A stretch of 64,000 nt of DNA from the NCBI GenBank assembly GCA_029858565.1, contig JAOUEV010000001.1:1-64000 (forward strand). Reading direction: 5' to 3'. Each line of letters starts with the position of its first letter. The stretch's first letter is position 1. Below are positions 1 through 12,112 of the stretch, piece after piece. Under the pieces are notes generated by a model that ran no database searches, was not told where the DNA came from, and worked only from the letters and a program-made list of their open reading frames with translations. The translations under genes were made by a program, and so were the position numbers. This stretch comes from Nitrospirota bacterium. GTDB taxonomy: Bacteria; Nitrospirota; UBA9217.

Positions 1-221
<221 letters not shown>

Positions 222-243
222 CACGAGAGGAAGGACGATTCAC

Positions 244-549
244 GTGACGCAAAAGATTAGAATACGACTCAAAGGATATGACCACCGTCTGCTTGACCAG
301 TCAGTGGTGGAAATTATGGATACTGCCAAGCGGACCGGTGCAAAGGTTTCCGGACCAATTCCGTTGCCGACGCGTATCAATCGTTGGACCGTCCTCAGAT
401 CGCCCCATGTGGACAAAAAGTCCCGGGAACAGTTCGAGATACGGACGCACAAGCGGTTGCTGGATATTCTTGATCCTACTCCTCAAACCGTTGATGCGCT
501 TATGAAGCTTGATCTTGCTGCCGGCGTTGATGTTGAAATAAAGTTGTAG
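244..549 (+). CDS. rpsJ: 30S ribosomal protein S10
   Basis: [37 protein letters not shown]; GTG start. Confidence 0.98.
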   Translation: MTQKIRIRLKGYDHRLLDQSVVEIMDTAKRTGAKVSGPIPLPTRINRWTVLRSPHVDKKSREQFEIRTHKRLLDILDPTPQTVDALMKLDLAAGVDVEIKL

Positions 550-607
550 CTCCTAACGACTCAGCCGTGAAACCAAGAGTTTCAGCGGCGCTGTGAAGGA
601 ATTTGCG

Positions 608-1219
608 ATGAGCATGGGAATTATAGGCAAGAAATTGGGAATGAGCCAGATCTTTGACGGCCGGGATTTGATCCCCGTTACGGTGATCCAGGCGGGACCG
701 TGTAAAGTTGTCCAGAAGAAGACTGCCGAGAGAGACGGCTATGAAGCTCTCCAGCTTGCTTTTGAGGAAGAGAACAAGAAGCATCGAGTGACAAAGGCCA
801 TGGCCGGTCATTTTAAAAAGACCGACGTGGTGCCTCACCGATATTTGCGTGAGATCAAGATGTCCGGTTTCGAACAGGGCCAGGACATTAAGGTCGATAT
901 ATTCAAGAAAGGCGACTTGGTCAAGATTTCCGGTGTGACCAAGGGCAAAGGATTCGCCGGTGTCATGAAGCGGCACAATTTCCGCGGAGGACCGGGCAGC
1001 CACGGCTCCATGTTTGACCGCAGACCGGGATCCATCGGTGCGAGTGCTTATCCGTCACGTGTATGGCCAGGAAAAAAACTTCCGGGACACATGGGTGATG
1101 TGAATGTTTCCGTGAAGAACCTGAAGGTTGTGGAAGTAAGGCCGGATCAGAACATCATCCTGATACGAGGCGCAGTCCCCGGTGGGGAAAATGCACTTGT
1201 TCTGATCATGAAGGGATAA
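608..1219 (+). CDS. rplC: 50S ribosomal protein L3
   Basis: GKKLGMSQ, TKGKGFAGVMKRHNF, RPGSIG; start placed at ATG 608 after AAGGA. Confidence 0.97.
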   Translation: MSMGIIGKKLGMSQIFDGRDLIPVTVIQAGPCKVVQKKTAERDGYEALQLAFEEENKKHRVTKAMAGHFKKTDVVPHRYLREIKMSGFEQGQDIKVDIFKKGDLVKISGVTKGKGFAGVMKRHNFRGGPGSHGSMFDRRPGSIGASAYPSRVWPGKKLPGHMGDVNVSVKNLKVVEVRPDQNIILIRGAVPGGENALVLIMKG

Positions 1220-1245
1220 GTACAGAAGGATAGAGGGTTCCTACA

Positions 1246-1869
1246 ATGGCATCAGTCGTAATGGTTGATATGAGCAATAAGAAGGTGAAAGACGTGGAAC
1301 TTCCAGCCCTTTTCGGTGCGGAAGTGAAAGGCCACCTTCTCCATTCAGCGGTTGTGAACCAGCTTGCTAATCGGCGTGCGGGTACGGTCGCGACTAAGAA
1401 CAAGGCGCTCGTGAGCGGCGGCGGTGCCAAACCGTTCAAGCAGAAGGGCACCGGTCGTGCGCGCGCGGGCAGCAATAGGTCTCCACTATGGCGTCATGGC
1501 GGTACGATATTCGGACCGCAGCCGCGAGATTACTCCTATAGCATGCCGAAGAAAGAGAAGCGCGCAGCTCTTGCTACGGCGTTCTCGTCCAAGGTAAAAG
1601 ATAGCGCGATGGTCCTTGTGGACAAGATCGAGCTGGCAGCACCGAAGACCAAGGACATGACCGTCCTGCTGAAGACGCTCGGCATCAATGAGAGCGTTCT
1701 GATCCTGCTTCCTGCTGAGAACAAGAACGTTGCACTCGCGTCCAGGAATATTCCGAATGTGAAGGTCCTGCGGATGGAGAACATCAACGTCTACGATCTC
1801 CTGAAATATCGGTATTTGCTCACTACACAGGATGCGATAGCAACTATTCAGGAGGTTTACGGGAAATGA
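1246..1869 (+). CDS. rplD: 50S ribosomal protein L4
   Basis: KPFKQKGTGRARAGSNRSPLWRHGG. Confidence 0.98.
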   Translation: MASVVMVDMSNKKVKDVELPALFGAEVKGHLLHSAVVNQLANRRAGTVATKNKALVSGGGAKPFKQKGTGRARAGSNRSPLWRHGGTIFGPQPRDYSYSMPKKEKRAALATAFSSKVKDSAMVLVDKIELAAPKTKDMTVLLKTLGINESVLILLPAENKNVALASRNIPNVKVLRMENINVYDLLKYRYLLTTQDAIATIQEVYGK

Positions 1870-2159
1870 CTATGGACCTCTACGATATCATACGGGTTCC
1901 CCGGATAACAGAAAAGGGGACGCGGCTAAAGGAACAGAGCAATGTTCTTACCTTCGAGGTAAGGAACGATGCGAACAAGGTGCAGGTGCGGAAGGCAATA
2001 GAGGGAATCTTCAAGGTTAAAGTGCTTGATGTGACGACGGTGAATGTCGCAGGTAAGCTGAAGCGCATGGGAATGCGCGAGGGTCGCAGGTCTGATTGGA
2101 AAAAGGCCTATGTGACACTGAAACCAGGTGAAAAGATCGATATTTTCGAGGGTGCATAA
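1866..2159 (+). CDS. rplW: 50S ribosomal protein L23
   Basis: [26 protein letters not shown]. Confidence 0.97.
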   Translation: MTMDLYDIIRVPRITEKGTRLKEQSNVLTFEVRNDANKVQVRKAIEGIFKVKVLDVTTVNVAGKLKRMGMREGRRSDWKKAYVTLKPGEKIDIFEGA

Positions 2160-2161
2160 TC

Positions 2162-2989
2162 ATGCCGGTAAAGAGCTATAATCCAACATCCGCCGGAAGG
2201 CGGTGGCAGACGGTCTCCACATTCGAGGAAGTGACCAGAAGTAAGCCGGAAAAGTCGCTTGTGGTTCGCGTTCACGAAGAGGGCGGCCGGAACAATCGCG
2301 GCAAGGTCACGGTGCGTTATCGTGCCGGCTGGCACAAGAAGAAGTATCGGATAATTGATTTTCGGCGCGAGAAAGCGGGTGTGCCCGCGACAGTCGCTCA
2401 TATCGAGTATGATCCGAACCGCACGGCGCGTATTGCATTGCTGCACTATGCAGACGGCGAAAAGCGCTACATCCTCGCTCCTTTGGGACTGAAGGTCGGT
2501 GATACGGTTGTATCTGGACCGGATGCGGATATCCGTCCCGGGAATGCGCTTCCGATGACATCGATTCCTGTTGGTACGGTCATTCACAACGTCGAACTGA
2601 AGAAGGGCGCTGGCGGTCAGATCGCCAGAAGTGCTGGTGCTTCGGTACAACTTCTTGCGAGAGAGGGTGAGCACGCAACGCTCCGTCTCAACTCGGGAGA
2701 GGTACGGAAAGTGCGCTCTGAGTGCATGGCCACGATTGGGCAGGTCGGTAACCTTGACCATGAGAATATCAGCATCGGGAAAGCAGGTCGCGCCCGGTGG
2801 ATGGGAATCAAACCGCGCGTTCGCGGTGTGGCGATGAATCCGGTTGACCATCCTCTCGGTGGTGGAGAAGGTAAATCGTCAGGCGGACGTCCCGGGTGCT
2901 CACCATGGGGTCTGCCCGACGGGAAAAAGACGAGAAAGAACAAGAAGACGACGAAATACATTATTTCCAGAAGGACCAAGAGCAGATAA
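2162..2989 (+). CDS. rplB: 50S ribosomal protein L2
   Basis: [31 protein letters not shown]. Confidence 0.99.
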   Translation: MPVKSYNPTSAGRRWQTVSTFEEVTRSKPEKSLVVRVHEEGGRNNRGKVTVRYRAGWHKKKYRIIDFRREKAGVPATVAHIEYDPNRTARIALLHYADGEKRYILAPLGLKVGDTVVSGPDADIRPGNALPMTSIPVGTVIHNVELKKGAGGQIARSAGASVQLLAREGEHATLRLNSGEVRKVRSECMATIGQVGNLDHENISIGKAGRARWMGIKPRVRGVAMNPVDHPLGGGEGKSSGGRPGCSPWGLPDGKKTRKNKKTTKYIISRRTKSR

Positions 2990-3001
2990 GCGGAGGGTGC
3001 G

Positions 3002-3292
3002 GTGCCGAGATCAGTAAAAAAAGGACCGTTTGTTGACGGCCATCTGACCAAAAAAGTTGAAGCAATGAATGCCAGCGGTGACAAGAAGCTAATCAAGACT
3101 TGGTCACGCCGGTCGACTATCCTTCCGGAATTTGTCGGGCATACTATGGCGGTCCATAATGGGAAGAAATTTATTCCCGTCTATGTAACTGAGAACATGG
3201 TTGGTCACAAGCTCGGCGAGTTTTCCCCGACTCGTACGTTTAAGGGACACGGTGGATCGAAGGCCGCAGAGAAATCGAGTGCGCCGAAGTAA
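3002..3292 (+). CDS. rpsS: 30S ribosomal protein S19
   Basis: [23 protein letters not shown]. Confidence 0.98.
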   Translation: MPRSVKKGPFVDGHLTKKVEAMNASGDKKLIKTWSRRSTILPEFVGHTMAVHNGKKFIPVYVTENMVGHKLGEFSPTRTFKGHGGSKAAEKSSAPK

Positions 3293-3326
3293 GATTGGAA
3301 TCTGGGTAATTTAGAGAGGACAGGAT

Positions 3327-3656
3327 ATGGAAGTAACAGCAACAGCCAAACATATTCGCATCACTCCACGGAAAGCGCGTCAGGTGATCGATCTCATTCG
3401 GGGAAAGATGGTCGGCGAAGCCAGAAGCATACTGACGTTCACACCGCTTCATGCCGCACGCATTGTAAAGAAGATTCTTGATTCGGCAGTCGCGAATGCG
3501 GAGCAGAAGAAGGTGAACGACGTTGATTCTCTTAAGATCAACAAAGCTTTCGTTAGCCAGGGTGTCAGCATGAAGCGGATGCGTGCACGGGCCATGGGCC
3601 GCGGTAACGTGATCCGGAAACGAACGAGCCATATAACAGTGGTATTGTCAGCGTAG
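3327..3656 (+). CDS. rplV: 50S ribosomal protein L22
   Basis: RITPRKARQVIDLIRGK, RARAMGR, KRTSHITV. Confidence 0.98.
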   Translation: MEVTATAKHIRITPRKARQVIDLIRGKMVGEARSILTFTPLHAARIVKKILDSAVANAEQKKVNDVDSLKINKAFVSQGVSMKRMRARAMGRGNVIRKRTSHITVVLSA

Positions 3657-3674
3657 TATCTCAGTGGAGGGATA

Positions 3675-4316
3675 ATGGGTCAGAAAGTACATCCGATCGG
3701 GCTTCGGCTCGGCATCATCAAAACATGGGACTCCCGCTGGTACGCGAAGAAGAACTATGCGGCGCTCCTTCACGAGGATATCAACATCCGGAAGATCGTC
3801 AAAGAACGCTTGACGCATGCCGGGGTGGCGAAGATCGAGATCGAACGTGCCGGCCAGAAGGCAAAGATTAATATTCATACCGCTCGTCCCGGGATCATCA
3901 TCGGGAAAAAAGGTGCAGAGGTCGACAAACTGAAGAAAGACCTCGAAACCATGACGGGCAAACAAATGTACATAAATATTCAGGAAATTCGACGTCCCGA
4001 ACTCGAAGCGCAGCTCGTTGCGGAAAATATAGCACTCCAGTTGGAGCGAAGAATTGCGTTTCGTCGTGCCATGAAGAAGTCGGTAACATCAGCTCTTCGA
4101 CTGGGCGCGCAGGGGATCAAGATTACTTGTGCTGGTAGGCTGGCCGGGGCAGAAATTGCCAGGACCGAATGGTATCGCGAGGGAAGGGTTCCGCTTCACA
4201 CCCTGCGTGCCGATATCCAATATGGATTCGCCGAGGCAAAGACCACCATGGGCCAGATTGGTGTGAAGGTCTGGATTTATAAGGGTGAAGTACTTCAGTT
4301 GCAAAAGACTGTTTAG
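3675..4316 (+). CDS. rpsC: 30S ribosomal protein S3
   Basis: [37 protein letters not shown]. Confidence 0.99.
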   Translation: MGQKVHPIGLRLGIIKTWDSRWYAKKNYAALLHEDINIRKIVKERLTHAGVAKIEIERAGQKAKINIHTARPGIIIGKKGAEVDKLKKDLETMTGKQMYINIQEIRRPELEAQLVAENIALQLERRIAFRRAMKKSVTSALRLGAQGIKITCAGRLAGAEIARTEWYREGRVPLHTLRADIQYGFAEAKTTMGQIGVKVWIYKGEVLQLQKTV

Positions 4317-4364
4317 TCACTGATAGGCAACGACGACTTTGAAAATATGTAAAGGACAGCTATC

Positions 4365-4781
4365 ATGCTTGCACCAAAGCGCGTAAAATTTAGAAAGATG
4401 CATAAAGGCCGGATGAAGGGCACTTCACTGCGTGGCGCGGAAGTGAGCTACGGCGAGTACGGCCTCAAAGCTCTTGAGCCCGGCTGGGTAACGAGCCGTC
4501 AGATTGAAGCAGCGCGAATTGCCATGACGCGATACGTGAAGCGCGGCGGGAAGATATGGATTCGTATATTTCCGGACAAGCCGATCACCAAGAAGCCCGC
4601 GGAGACCCGTATGGGTAGCGGAAAAGGATCTCCGGAATACTGGGTAGCGGTGATTAAGCCTGGCCGCGTGCTCTATGAGATGGGCGGCGTTGATGAGTCT
4701 GTAGCTCGTGAAGCTTTCCGGCTTGCAGCATATAAATTGCCCTTGGCGACCAAGTTCATATCGCGGGAGGGTGAATTATGA
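4365..4781 (+). CDS. rplP: 50S ribosomal protein L16
   Basis: [20 protein letters not shown]. Confidence 0.99.
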   Translation: MLAPKRVKFRKMHKGRMKGTSLRGAEVSYGEYGLKALEPGWVTSRQIEAARIAMTRYVKRGGKIWIRIFPDKPITKKPAETRMGSGKGSPEYWVAVIKPGRVLYEMGGVDESVAREAFRLAAYKLPLATKFISREGEL

Positions 4782-4978
4782 AATCGAGCGTGAAGGAAAT
4801 CCGGGACCTCTCTCAGGAAGAGTTGGTAGCGAAAGCCATCGAACTGAAGAAAGAGATGTTCAATCTCAGGTTCCAGCAGGCCATGGGTCAGATCGAAAAT
4901 CCCATGCGGCTCCGGATACTCCGGAAGGATATTGCAAAAACCAAAACGATCTTAAAGGAAAAGTATGGGCGAGGCTAA
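4778..4978 (+). CDS. rpmC: 50S ribosomal protein L29
   Basis: [12 protein letters not shown]...RKDIAKTKT; operon position. Confidence 0.96.
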   Translation: MKSSVKEIRDLSQEELVAKAIELKKEMFNLRFQQAMGQIENPMRLRILRKDIAKTKTILKEKYGRG

Positions 4979-5222
4979 GAAGAAAAAGACGTATATCGGT
5001 CGCGTCGTAAGCGACAAAATGGACAAAACGGTCGTGCTGGCTGTGACGCGCAGGATAGCACACACGCGTTACAATAAGGTCGTCAATCGGACGACCAAGT
5101 TCAAGGCCCATGATGAGAAAAATGAATGCAAGATAGGCGATCTTGTACGTTTCATCGAGACACGGCCACTGTCCAAGGATAAGCGATGGAAGGTCCTTGA
5201 GATCATAGAGAAGGCAATTTAG
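4965..5222 (+). CDS. rpsQ: 30S ribosomal protein S17
   Basis: [28 protein letters not shown]. Confidence 0.98.
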   Translation: MGEAKKKKTYIGRVVSDKMDKTVVLAVTRRIAHTRYNKVVNRTTKFKAHDEKNECKIGDLVRFIETRPLSKDKRWKVLEIIEKAI

Positions 5223-5275
5223 CCGATCGGGATTGGGCGCCGAATTTTGATAGTCAATAGAGAAGGTACAAGACC

Positions 5276-5644
5276 ATGATTCAGCAGCAGACAGTATTGG
5301 ATGTGGCAGATAATTCAGGGGCAAAGAAAGTCATGTGCATCAAGGTGATAGGCGGAACGCGCAAACGGTACGCGACCTTGGGTGATGTGATCATTGTCGC
5401 CATTAAAATGGCAATTCCTGATGGGCAGGTTAAAAAAGGAACTGTCGCGAAAGCGGTAGTTGTAAGAACTGCCAAGGAAGTGCGCAGGCCTGATGGTTCC
5501 TATATCAAGTTCGATCGCAATGCTGCGGTACTTATCAATAACGCGAACGAACCGGTCGGTACCCGTATATTCGGACCGGTGGCGCGTGAACTTCGCAAAA
5601 AGAATTTCATGAAGATTATTTCGCTTGCCCCGGAAGTCCTCTAA
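5276..5644 (+). CDS. rplN: 50S ribosomal protein L14
   Basis: [27 protein letters not shown]. Confidence 0.99.
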   Translation: MIQQQTVLDVADNSGAKKVMCIKVIGGTRKRYATLGDVIIVAIKMAIPDGQVKKGTVAKAVVVRTAKEVRRPDGSYIKFDRNAAVLINNANEPVGTRIFGPVARELRKKNFMKIISLAPEVL

Positions 5645-5692
5645 GCCGTTCGGAGAGCCGGACGATTTTAGTGCAGAATAGGAAGAACGAAG

Positions 5693-6004
5693 ATGCAGAT
5701 CAAAAAGAATGACACCGTATTAGTCACCGCTGGGAAGGAAAAGGGGAAGCGCGGCAGAGTGATTGCCGTCTATCCGAGCAATAATCGCGTTCTCATCGAA
5801 AAGCTGAATATGATCAAACGGCATACTAAGCCGAACCAGCAACTTAAGCAGGGCGGTATTGTCGAGAGGGAAAGTCCGATCTCGGCGGCGAACGTGAGGC
5901 TTATCTGTAATAAGTGCGACAAGCCCACCAGTATTTCCCGAAAAACCCAGGGCGACGGGACCCGCGCGCGGGTATGTAAGGCCTGCGAAGCAACTTTGGA
6001 TTAA
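5693..6004 (+). CDS. rplX: 50S ribosomal protein L24
   Basis: [22 protein letters not shown] motif, [10 protein letters not shown]. Confidence 0.97.
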   Translation: MQIKKNDTVLVTAGKEKGKRGRVIAVYPSNNRVLIEKLNMIKRHTKPNQQLKQGGIVERESPISAANVRLICNKCDKPTSISRKTQGDGTRARVCKACEATLD

Positions 6005-6027
6005 GGCGTTCTACTAGGAAAGCGACT

Positions 6028-6717
6028 ATGGCAGACAAGAAAGAAAAGACAAAAGTGACAAAGAGCGGAGAGAAGAAAACTCCGGCGAAAGCTGTCTCCG
6101 CGAAAAAGGCAAAGAGCGTTGCTCCAGAAGCAGCCGCTACGCCGAAAGCGCCGTCCGCAGCTGCCGTGAAGGCACCCACCCCGCGGCTGAAGGAGCGGTA
6201 TCATCGGGATGTGATTCCTGCGCTCATGAAGCAGTTCAGCTACAAGAATCCCATGCAAGTTCCAAAGCTGGTTAAAGTGGTGCTTAACATGGGTATGGGT
6301 GAAGCTATCGCGAACGCAAAGTCACTTGACCATGCGGTCAGTGAACTTGGTCTTATCACCGGCCAGCATCCTGTGGTGACACGTGCCAAGAAATCCATCG
6401 CGACTTTTAAACTGCGTGAAGGTATGCCAATCGGGACGACCGTGACTCTGCGTCGGGAGCGGATGTACGAGTTCCTGGATCGATTCATCTCTGCGGCTCT
6501 GCCGCGCATCAGAGATTTTCGTGGAATCCCGACCAAGTCGTTCGATGGACGTGGAAACTATTCCCTTGGAATTCGTGAACAGGTGATATTTCCAGAGATC
6601 GAGATCGACAAGGTTGACGCGATTCATGGTATGGATATAACTATTGTGACAACGGCAAAAACCGATGAGGAAGGTAGAGCTCTTCTCAACCACCTCGGTA
6701 TGCCGTTCAGAAAGTAG
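6028..6717 (+). CDS. rplE: 50S ribosomal protein L5 with a ~50-aa Lys/Ala/Pro-rich N-terminal extension
   Basis: [35 protein letters not shown]. Confidence 0.98.
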   Translation: MADKKEKTKVTKSGEKKTPAKAVSAKKAKSVAPEAAATPKAPSAAAVKAPTPRLKERYHRDVIPALMKQFSYKNPMQVPKLVKVVLNMGMGEAIANAKSLDHAVSELGLITGQHPVVTRAKKSIATFKLREGMPIGTTVTLRRERMYEFLDRFISAALPRIRDFRGIPTKSFDGRGNYSLGIREQVIFPEIEIDKVDAIHGMDITIVTTAKTDEEGRALLNHLGMPFRK

Positions 6718-6729
6718 GCTGGAGGAATC

Positions 6730-6915
6730 ATGGCTAAGAAGTCGTTGATCGCCAAGGCAAAACGCGCGCCTAAGTTCAAGGTACGGACGTATCACCGCTG
6801 TCCATTGTGCGGAAGGTCCCGTGGATACCTTAGAAAATTCGACATGTGCCGAATCTGTTTCCGTAACCGTTCGTTGCGGGGAGAAATTCCGGGTGTAGTA
6901 AAGGCCAGCTGGTAA
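6730..6915 (+). CDS. rpsN: 30S ribosomal protein S14, zinc-binding (type Z)
   Basis: 61 aa; RCPLCGR...MCRICFR, GEIPGV. Confidence 0.98.
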   Translation: MAKKSLIAKAKRAPKFKVRTYHRCPLCGRSRGYLRKFDMCRICFRNRSLRGEIPGVVKASW

Positions 6916-6934
6916 GCGAGAGGGGTTCGAACAG

Positions 6935-7330
6935 ATGATGACAGATCCAATAGCGGATATGCTCACACGCATCCGCAACGCAAGCAAGGCAAAACTTGAA
7001 AAGGTGGACATTCCCTCGTCCAAGCTTAAGCTCGAGATTGCAAAGATACTCAAGGATGAGGGTTTTATAAAGAACTTGAAGATGGTTAAAGACCGCCGTC
7101 AAGGAGTAATACGTGTCTATTTGAAGTATTCAGACGAGGATGCGCCTATAATCCAGGGGATAAAACGCGTCAGCAGGCCGGGTTGCAGGGTCTATGTTGG
7201 TAACGACGCGATTCCCAAGGTTATGGCCGGTATGGGAACGGCAATTCTGTCTACGCCTCGTGGAGTACAGACCGGCAAACAGGCGAAAAAGGACAATGTT
7301 GGCGGTGAAGTGCTCTGCCACGTGTGGTAA
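6935..7330 (+). CDS. rpsH: 30S ribosomal protein S8
   Basis: [27 protein letters not shown]. Confidence 0.98.
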   Translation: MMTDPIADMLTRIRNASKAKLEKVDIPSSKLKLEIAKILKDEGFIKNLKMVKDRRQGVIRVYLKYSDEDAPIIQGIKRVSRPGCRVYVGNDAIPKVMAGMGTAILSTPRGVQTGKQAKKDNVGGEVLCHVW

Positions 7331-7377
7331 GAGAAGCAATAGCGATTTTATCGCAGCACAAGAACTGAGGAGTCCGT

Positions 7378-7926
7378 ATGTCGAGGGTGGGTAAAAAACC
7401 GATAGAAATGCCGTCCGGCGTTGAAGCGAAGATCGAAACAGGAAAAATCACTGTGAAGGGACCGCTTGGCGAGATGTCCCAAGCAGTGAGTCCAAAACTG
7501 ACGGTCAAAAAAGCGGAGAATAAACTTCTGGTGGAGCGTCTCTCAGAAGCAAAAGTATACCGCGAGCTTCACGGCCTCACCAGGAACCTTATTGCAAATA
7601 TGGTAACAGGTGTAAGCAAAGGGTATGATAAGACCCTTGATATATCTGGCGTCGGATTCAAGGCTGCCGTACACGGACAAAATCTGCTGTTCACACTTGG
7701 ATTTTCCCATCCGATCGTATTTCCGCTTCCTCAAGGGATAAAGGCAACCGTGGATGCAAAACAGACGCAGGTTGTCATCAAAGGCACCGACAAGCAGTTG
7801 GTCGGCCAGATGGCGGCAAATATCCGTGGTCTCAAGAGACCTGAGCCATACAAGGGCAAAGGCATCAAGTACAGCACCGAAGTGATTCAGCGCAAGGAAG
7901 GCAAAGCAGGCAAGGGCGGGAAATAG
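7378..7926 (+). CDS. rplF: 50S ribosomal protein L6
   Basis: MSRVGKKPI, PEPYKGKGIKY. Confidence 0.98.
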   Translation: MSRVGKKPIEMPSGVEAKIETGKITVKGPLGEMSQAVSPKLTVKKAENKLLVERLSEAKVYRELHGLTRNLIANMVTGVSKGYDKTLDISGVGFKAAVHGQNLLFTLGFSHPIVFPLPQGIKATVDAKQTQVVIKGTDKQLVGQMAANIRGLKRPEPYKGKGIKYSTEVIQRKEGKAGKGGK

Positions 7927-7988
7927 CTTCCTCCTAGGCATTGCAAATGCGTAGCAAGCAGATTCTTTATGTATGATGGAGAGATAAC

Positions 7989-8351
7989 GTGGCACTGAGC
8001 AAAGATCAATCAAGACAAAGACGGCACAAGCGCATACGTAAACGGGTCAACGGAACGGGGACCAAGCCTCGTCTGAGCGTCTACAAAAGCTTGAACCACA
8101 TTTACGTTCAACTCATCGATGATATGGCGGGGAAGACAATACTATCCGCATCGACGCTTGAGAAGGAAATCGGCGCCGCGGTGAAGCATGGCGGAAACCT
8201 TGATGCAGCGAAAAAAGTCGGTGCGAGCATCGCGAAAAAGGCGCTGAGTAAGCAGATCACGGACGTTATTTTCGACCGTGGCGGATATAAATATCACGGG
8301 TGTATTAAGGCATTGGCTGATGCAGCTCGTGAACAGGGACTTAAGTTCTAA
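7989..8351 (+). CDS. rplR: 50S ribosomal protein L18
   Basis: PRLSVYKSLNHIYVQ, FDRGGYKYHG. Confidence 0.98.
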   Translation: MALSKDQSRQRRHKRIRKRVNGTGTKPRLSVYKSLNHIYVQLIDDMAGKTILSASTLEKEIGAAVKHGGNLDAAKKVGASIAKKALSKQITDVIFDRGGYKYHGCIKALADAAREQGLKF

Positions 8352-8375
8352 ACGAAGCGGGAAGCGGAGGATGCT

Positions 8376-8888
8376 TTGGCTGAGAAATATGTAAGAGAGA
8401 CAGATGGTGAAGGCCAGGAGCTGAAGGATAAGCTGGTACAGTTGAATCGCGTTGCCAAAGTCGTAAAAGGCGGAAAGCGGTTCAATTTCAGTGCGCTGGT
8501 TGTAGTCGGAGATGGCAAAGGCCGCGTCGGTGTCGGTAAAGGTAAGGCCGCTGAAGCGCCGGTAGCGATCAAAAAGGCCGTGGAACGCGCGAAGAAGAAC
8601 ATGATTGCCGTATCCCTCAAGGGCGATACTATTCCGCACCAGGTATTTGGCCATTATGGCGCAGGCAAGGTTCTTCTCAAGCCGGCTTCCGAAGGTACAG
8701 GACTGATCGCAGGCGGAGCATCACGCGCTGTTCTCGAAGTTGCCGGGGTGCGCAACGTCCTCTGCAAATCGCTGGGGTCCAGCAATCCTCATAATGTGGT
8801 GAGTGCCACGATGCAGGGTCTGCTCCAGCTTAGAAGCATTGAAAAGGTTGCAAGTCTTCGGGGAAAAACGGTTGAGGAGCTCTCCTAA
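8376..8888 (+). CDS. rpsE: 30S ribosomal protein S5
   Basis: [23 protein letters not shown]; TTG start after GGAGG. Confidence 0.98.
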   Translation: MAEKYVRETDGEGQELKDKLVQLNRVAKVVKGGKRFNFSALVVVGDGKGRVGVGKGKAAEAPVAIKKAVERAKKNMIAVSLKGDTIPHQVFGHYGAGKVLLKPASEGTGLIAGGASRAVLEVAGVRNVLCKSLGSSNPHNVVSATMQGLLQLRSIEKVASLRGKTVEELS

Positions 8889-8889
8889 T

Positions 8890-9084
8890 ATGCCTGCTAC
8901 GGATACGAAGAAAATTAAAATCACTTTGGTTAAAAGCGGTATCGCCCGACCTGGCAAGCATAAGGTAGTGATTGTAGGATTGGGTCTCAATAAATTGAAC
9001 AAGTCCGTGATTCGTCTGGACACACCGGAGATTCGCGGTATGATCAGAAAAATCAGCCATCTTGTGCAGGTTGAGAACGCATAA
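8890..9084 (+). CDS. rpmD: 50S ribosomal protein L30
   Basis: KIKITLVKS...LGLNKLN...TPEIRGMIRKISHLV; true start ATG 8890. Confidence 0.96.
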   Translation: MPATDTKKIKITLVKSGIARPGKHKVVIVGLGLNKLNKSVIRLDTPEIRGMIRKISHLVQVENA

Positions 9085-9124
9085 GGTCTGCGTTAATTAA
9101 AAAGCGATAGGTCGGATTACTACT

Positions 9125-9559
9125 ATGAGATTAGAAGAACTGAAACCGTCCCCTGGGGCGAGAAAAAAGACAAAGCGTGTTGGACGGGGCCCTGGCTCCG
9201 GCAGCGGCAAGACCGCAGGTAAAGGCCACAAGGGTCAGAAGGCGCGTTCCGGTGGTGTCAAGGGTCCTGGCTTCGAGGGCGGACAGATGCCCTTGCAAAG
9301 AAGGCTTCCCAAGCGCGGTTTCACCAATATCTTCCGCCGGGAGTATGCTGTGGTGAATTTGCGTGATCTTGATGGAATGAGTGGAACGGTGACTCCTGAA
9401 ACCCTGAAACAGCAGGGTGTTGTAAAAGACATGAAATCAGGAATCAAGGTGCTGGGTGTGGGAGATCTGAAAACTGCGCTGACCATTCGCGCACATAAGT
9501 TCAGCAAGAGTGCATTGGACAAGATCCAGGCCTCGGGCGGCAAGGCTGAGGTAATATAG
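9125..9559 (+). CDS. rplO: 50S ribosomal protein L15
   Basis: [41 protein letters not shown]. Confidence 0.99.
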   Translation: MRLEELKPSPGARKKTKRVGRGPGSGSGKTAGKGHKGQKARSGGVKGPGFEGGQMPLQRRLPKRGFTNIFRREYAVVNLRDLDGMSGTVTPETLKQQGVVKDMKSGIKVLGVGDLKTALTIRAHKFSKSALDKIQASGGKAEVI

Positions 9560-9562
9560 CGC

Positions 9563-10861
9563 GTGTTCGCCGGACTTCAGAACATATTCAGGATACCCGA
9601 GCTTAGAAAGCGAATTGTATTTACGTTGCTGATGCTCGCTGTGTATCGTATTGGGGCTCATATCCCGACACCCGGTGTTCGTGGAGATGCGCTGAGCCAA
9701 TATCTTCACCAGGCTGCATCAGGACTCATGGGGTTCTTCGACATGTTCTCAGGCGGAGCTTTGTCGAAAGTAACTATTTTTGCCCTGGGTATCATGCCGT
9801 ATATTACGGCCTCGATCGTACTCCAGTTATTGACCGTGGTAGTTCCCCGCTTGCAGGCATTGGCGAAGGAAGGCGAGGCGGGCCGCAAAAAAATCACCGA
9901 GTATACGCGGTATGGCACAGTCTTAATTGCGGCTTTTCAGTCTTTCTGGATGGCCGTTGGAATAGAACGTATGGGTGAAGGAGCGTTCGTGGATGCTTCC
10001 GGATGGTCCTTCCGCATCATGACCATGATTACCCTTACAGCGGGAACAACTTTCATTATGTGGTTGGGAGAGCAGATTACCGAGCGCGGAATTGGAAATG
10101 GTATTTCGTTGATTATCTTTGCCGGTATTGTTGCGGGTCTTCCGAGTGCTGTCGGAAACACTTTTGGCTTGATGCGGTCCGGAGAAATACCTTACTATAT
10201 GGTGGCCGTCATTCTCGGGCTCATTATCATGGTCGTTGCCGCTGTGATCATAATGGAGCGGGGGCAGAGGAAAATTCCTGTTCAGTACGCGCAGCGCATG
10301 GTTGGACGTCGGGTATACAAAGGCCAAAGCACACATTTGCCTCTCAAGATAAATTCAGCCGGAGTGATCCCGCCAATTTTTGCATCGTCAATTTTGCTTT
10401 TTCCTGCGACGATTGCCGGGTTTACGCAGATAAGCTGGATTCAATCTGTTGCGCAGCAGCTTGCACCGGGGCAACTGGTATATACGACGGTCTATATCGT
10501 AATGATCGTCTTTTTCGCCTATTTCTACACAGCCATAGTTTTCAATCCGGTCGATATTGCAGAGAACCTGAAGAAATACGGGGGGTTCATTCCAGGTATC
10601 AGACCGGGAAAGAAGACATCCGACTACCTATATCGCGTTCTCACGCGGATCACACTGGGGGGTGCGCTGTATTTGGCTGCTGTGTGCGTTTTGCCGGACA
10701 TTTTTTACAAAGCGTTCAACGTGCCATTCTACTTCGGCGGGACATCTCTGCTGATCGTGATTGGTGTTGCGCTTGACACCGTGTCGCAGGTTGAATCCCA
10801 CTTGATCCAGCGGCACTACGGAGGATTTCTGAAAGGCGTCTCAATCAGAGGAAGACGATAG
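9563..10861 (+). CDS. secY: Preprotein translocase subunit SecY
   Basis: [38 protein letters not shown]. Confidence 0.99.
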   Translation: MFAGLQNIFRIPELRKRIVFTLLMLAVYRIGAHIPTPGVRGDALSQYLHQAASGLMGFFDMFSGGALSKVTIFALGIMPYITASIVLQLLTVVVPRLQALAKEGEAGRKKITEYTRYGTVLIAAFQSFWMAVGIERMGEGAFVDASGWSFRIMTMITLTAGTTFIMWLGEQITERGIGNGISLIIFAGIVAGLPSAVGNTFGLMRSGEIPYYMVAVILGLIIMVVAAVIIMERGQRKIPVQYAQRMVGRRVYKGQSTHLPLKINSAGVIPPIFASSILLFPATIAGFTQISWIQSVAQQLAPGQLVYTTVYIVMIVFFAYFYTAIVFNPVDIAENLKKYGGFIPGIRPGKKTSDYLYRVLTRITLGGALYLAAVCVLPDIFYKAFNVPFYFGGTSLLIVIGVALDTVSQVESHLIQRHYGGFLKGVSIRGRR

Positions 10862-10877
10862 TCTGGGTGGCGACCAA

Positions 10878-11627
10878 ATGGTCATCCTGAAATCGCTTCA
10901 AGAGATTGAGAAGATGCAAAAGGCTGGTCGGATTGTCGCAGCTGTCCTAGAGGAGTTGCGGGGATTAGTCAGGCCAGGAATAACTACGCTCTATCTCGAC
11001 GAACATGCGGAGAAGATAATTCTGGCGGCAGGTGCAAAGCCAGCTTTTAAAGGGTATCGAGGCTATCCCAGGACACTCTGCACCTCGATTAACAATCAGG
11101 TGATCCATGGTATTCCGTCGAAGGATGTTACCCTGAGACCAGGAGATATACTGAGTATCGATGTAGGAGCGGTAATGGAAGGGTTTTATGGGGATGCTGC
11201 AATCACTGTTCCCGTGGGTAAAATTACTGCCGAGGCCGGACGGCTCATTAAAGTAACAGAAGACGCGCTCAAGATCGGTATTGAAAAAGCAGTCCCGGGG
11301 AATAGGCTTTTCGACATATCAGCAGCAATACAGGAACATGTCGAAGCGAATGGATATGCGGTCGTACGCGAGTTCGTTGGTCATGGAATAGGGCGCAGCC
11401 TGCATGAAGATCCGCAAGTGCCAAACTTCGGAGAACGTAGTAAGGGACCGAGGCTTCAGGCAGGAATGGTGTTGGCTATAGAACCCATGGTCAACATGGG
11501 TGGGAGTGCAACGGTTGTTACGGAGGATAACTGGACGGCTGTTACTGCAGATGGGAGCCTCTCAGCGCATGCAGAGCATACTGTAGCGATCCTGGAGGAC
11601 GGCCCGCTGATTCTGACCGGGCAGTAA
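10878..11627 (+). CDS. map: Type I methionyl aminopeptidase
   Basis: HGIP, GHGIG, LHEDPQV, AIEPM, SAHAEHT. Confidence 0.98.
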   Translation: MVILKSLQEIEKMQKAGRIVAAVLEELRGLVRPGITTLYLDEHAEKIILAAGAKPAFKGYRGYPRTLCTSINNQVIHGIPSKDVTLRPGDILSIDVGAVMEGFYGDAAITVPVGKITAEAGRLIKVTEDALKIGIEKAVPGNRLFDISAAIQEHVEANGYAVVREFVGHGIGRSLHEDPQVPNFGERSKGPRLQAGMVLAIEPMVNMGGSATVVTEDNWTAVTADGSLSAHAEHTVAILEDGPLILTGQ

Positions 11628-11658
11628 GAGTGTTCTTCGACTTGAATTCAGGAGAAAT

Positions 11659-11877
11659 ATGGCAAAAGAGGATTCCATAGAAGTACAGGGTACGGTCTTG
11701 GAGACCCTTCCCAATGCCATGTTTCGTGTTGAGATGGAAAATGGCCACAAAATACTCGCGCATATCTCCGGTAAGATGCGGATGCACTTTATTAAAATCC
11801 TGCCGGGAGATAAGGTAACTGTTGAATTGTCACCCTACGACTTGACACGAGGGAGAATAACTTACCGATTCAAATGA
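11659..11877 (+). CDS. infA: Translation initiation factor IF-1
   Basis: [25 protein letters not shown]. Confidence 0.99.
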   Translation: MAKEDSIEVQGTVLETLPNAMFRVEMENGHKILAHISGKMRMHFIKILPGDKVTVELSPYDLTRGRITYRFK

Positions 11878-11917
11878 TTTAAATTGGCTTGAACGGTGAG
11901 AGATAGGAAGTGGGATT

Positions 11918-12031
11918 ATGAAAGTACGTTCATCGGTGCGAAAGATCTGTCCAAAGTGCAGAATTATTCGTCGCAGAGGCATTGTTCGCGTTATTTGTGA
12001 TAATGCGCGGCATAAGCAACGTCAGGGATAG
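11918..12031 (+). CDS. rpmJ: 50S ribosomal protein L36 (not in the ORF track)
   Basis: Manual translation [37 protein letters not shown]. Confidence 0.98.
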   Translation: MKVRSSVRKICPKCRIIRRRGIVRVICDNARHKQRQG

Positions 12032-12112
12032 TATTGCTGTGTAATCGGAAAACGGCGTGATTGTACGACCATTTTCCGCAGATGAAATTCGTTTTTCGTT
12101 ACAGGAGGAACC

